Below, one piece after another: positions 63,902 to 64,000 of a stretch of 64,000 nucleotides of DNA (its first letter is position 1; the number at the start of each line of letters is the position of its first letter). The DNA is taken from NCBI GenBank assembly GCA_022730015.1, contig DZBU01000001.1:1307-65306 (forward strand), given 5' to 3'. The position numbers and the translations under genes are program-made. The notes under the pieces were generated by a model that was not told where the DNA came from, did not search any database, and saw nothing but the letters and a program-made list of their open reading frames with translations. This DNA is from Candidatus Elulimicrobium sp. Its GTDB lineage: Bacteria > Patescibacteriota > Minisyncoccia > Phycocordibacterales > UBA918.

Positions 63902-64000
63902 ATACGATTTTTATATTCAGTAAATACACAACCACGGGTAACTATTGTCTATGGTACTTGCTATTATTTAGCCATGACACTATTTCTCGCTTTCGTTTCG

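Noticed and set aside
1-64000. CRISPR arrays, transposases/IS elements, integrases
   Set aside because: I scanned the intergenic regions and found no short regularly spaced direct repeats. No gene shows DDE, HUH, tyrosine-recombinase or Cas motifs. Nearly all space is occupied by the genes listed.

Overview
The window is almost entirely co-directional: 63.2 kb runs on the + strand, with one convergent minus-strand gene at the 3' end. It uses the standard genetic code (TGA is a stop). Gene content looks like a reduced Patescibacteria/CPR-like monoderm genome (my inference).

The first ~42 kb is a dense cell-surface island with four parts:
- A 5,496-aa giant secreted mosaic protein. It carries three tandem phage-tail-collar (MdpB-like) domains, a 7-blade WNGTxW beta-propeller, three ~2.3-kb intragenic beta-helix super-repeats, and a DUF2341 + LamG-like module.
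- A second, 1,840-aa surface protein built from four copies of an unnamed ~180-aa 'YHWRNDDG...LEYA...YCFRV' module.
- Four proteins sharing a WxL-like C-terminal module, each next to DUF916-like single-pass membrane proteins. This is the gene order of the Firmicutes Csc/WxL cell-surface-complex loci.
- A cohesin/dockerin cassette: three cohesin-like modules and two dockerin-like modules.

An FN3-repeat protein, a MacB/FtsEX-type ABC transporter, a Cys-less TlpA-like thioredoxin fold, an AI-2E transporter, CapA and a membrane-anchored FKBP sit inside or next to the island.

The last ~20 kb is housekeeping: tgt, an HD (SpoT-like) hydrolase, uvrB, a two-component system, uvrA, a short uvrC, a truncated nucleotide-sugar dehydrogenase, ddl, two tRNA-Ala genes with their own promoters and terminators, an RGG/zinc-ribbon/KA-rich protein, a rhodanese and a HAD hydrolase.

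I saw no CRISPR array, transposase or integrase. All domain calls come from reading motifs in the supplied translations. No database search was run.
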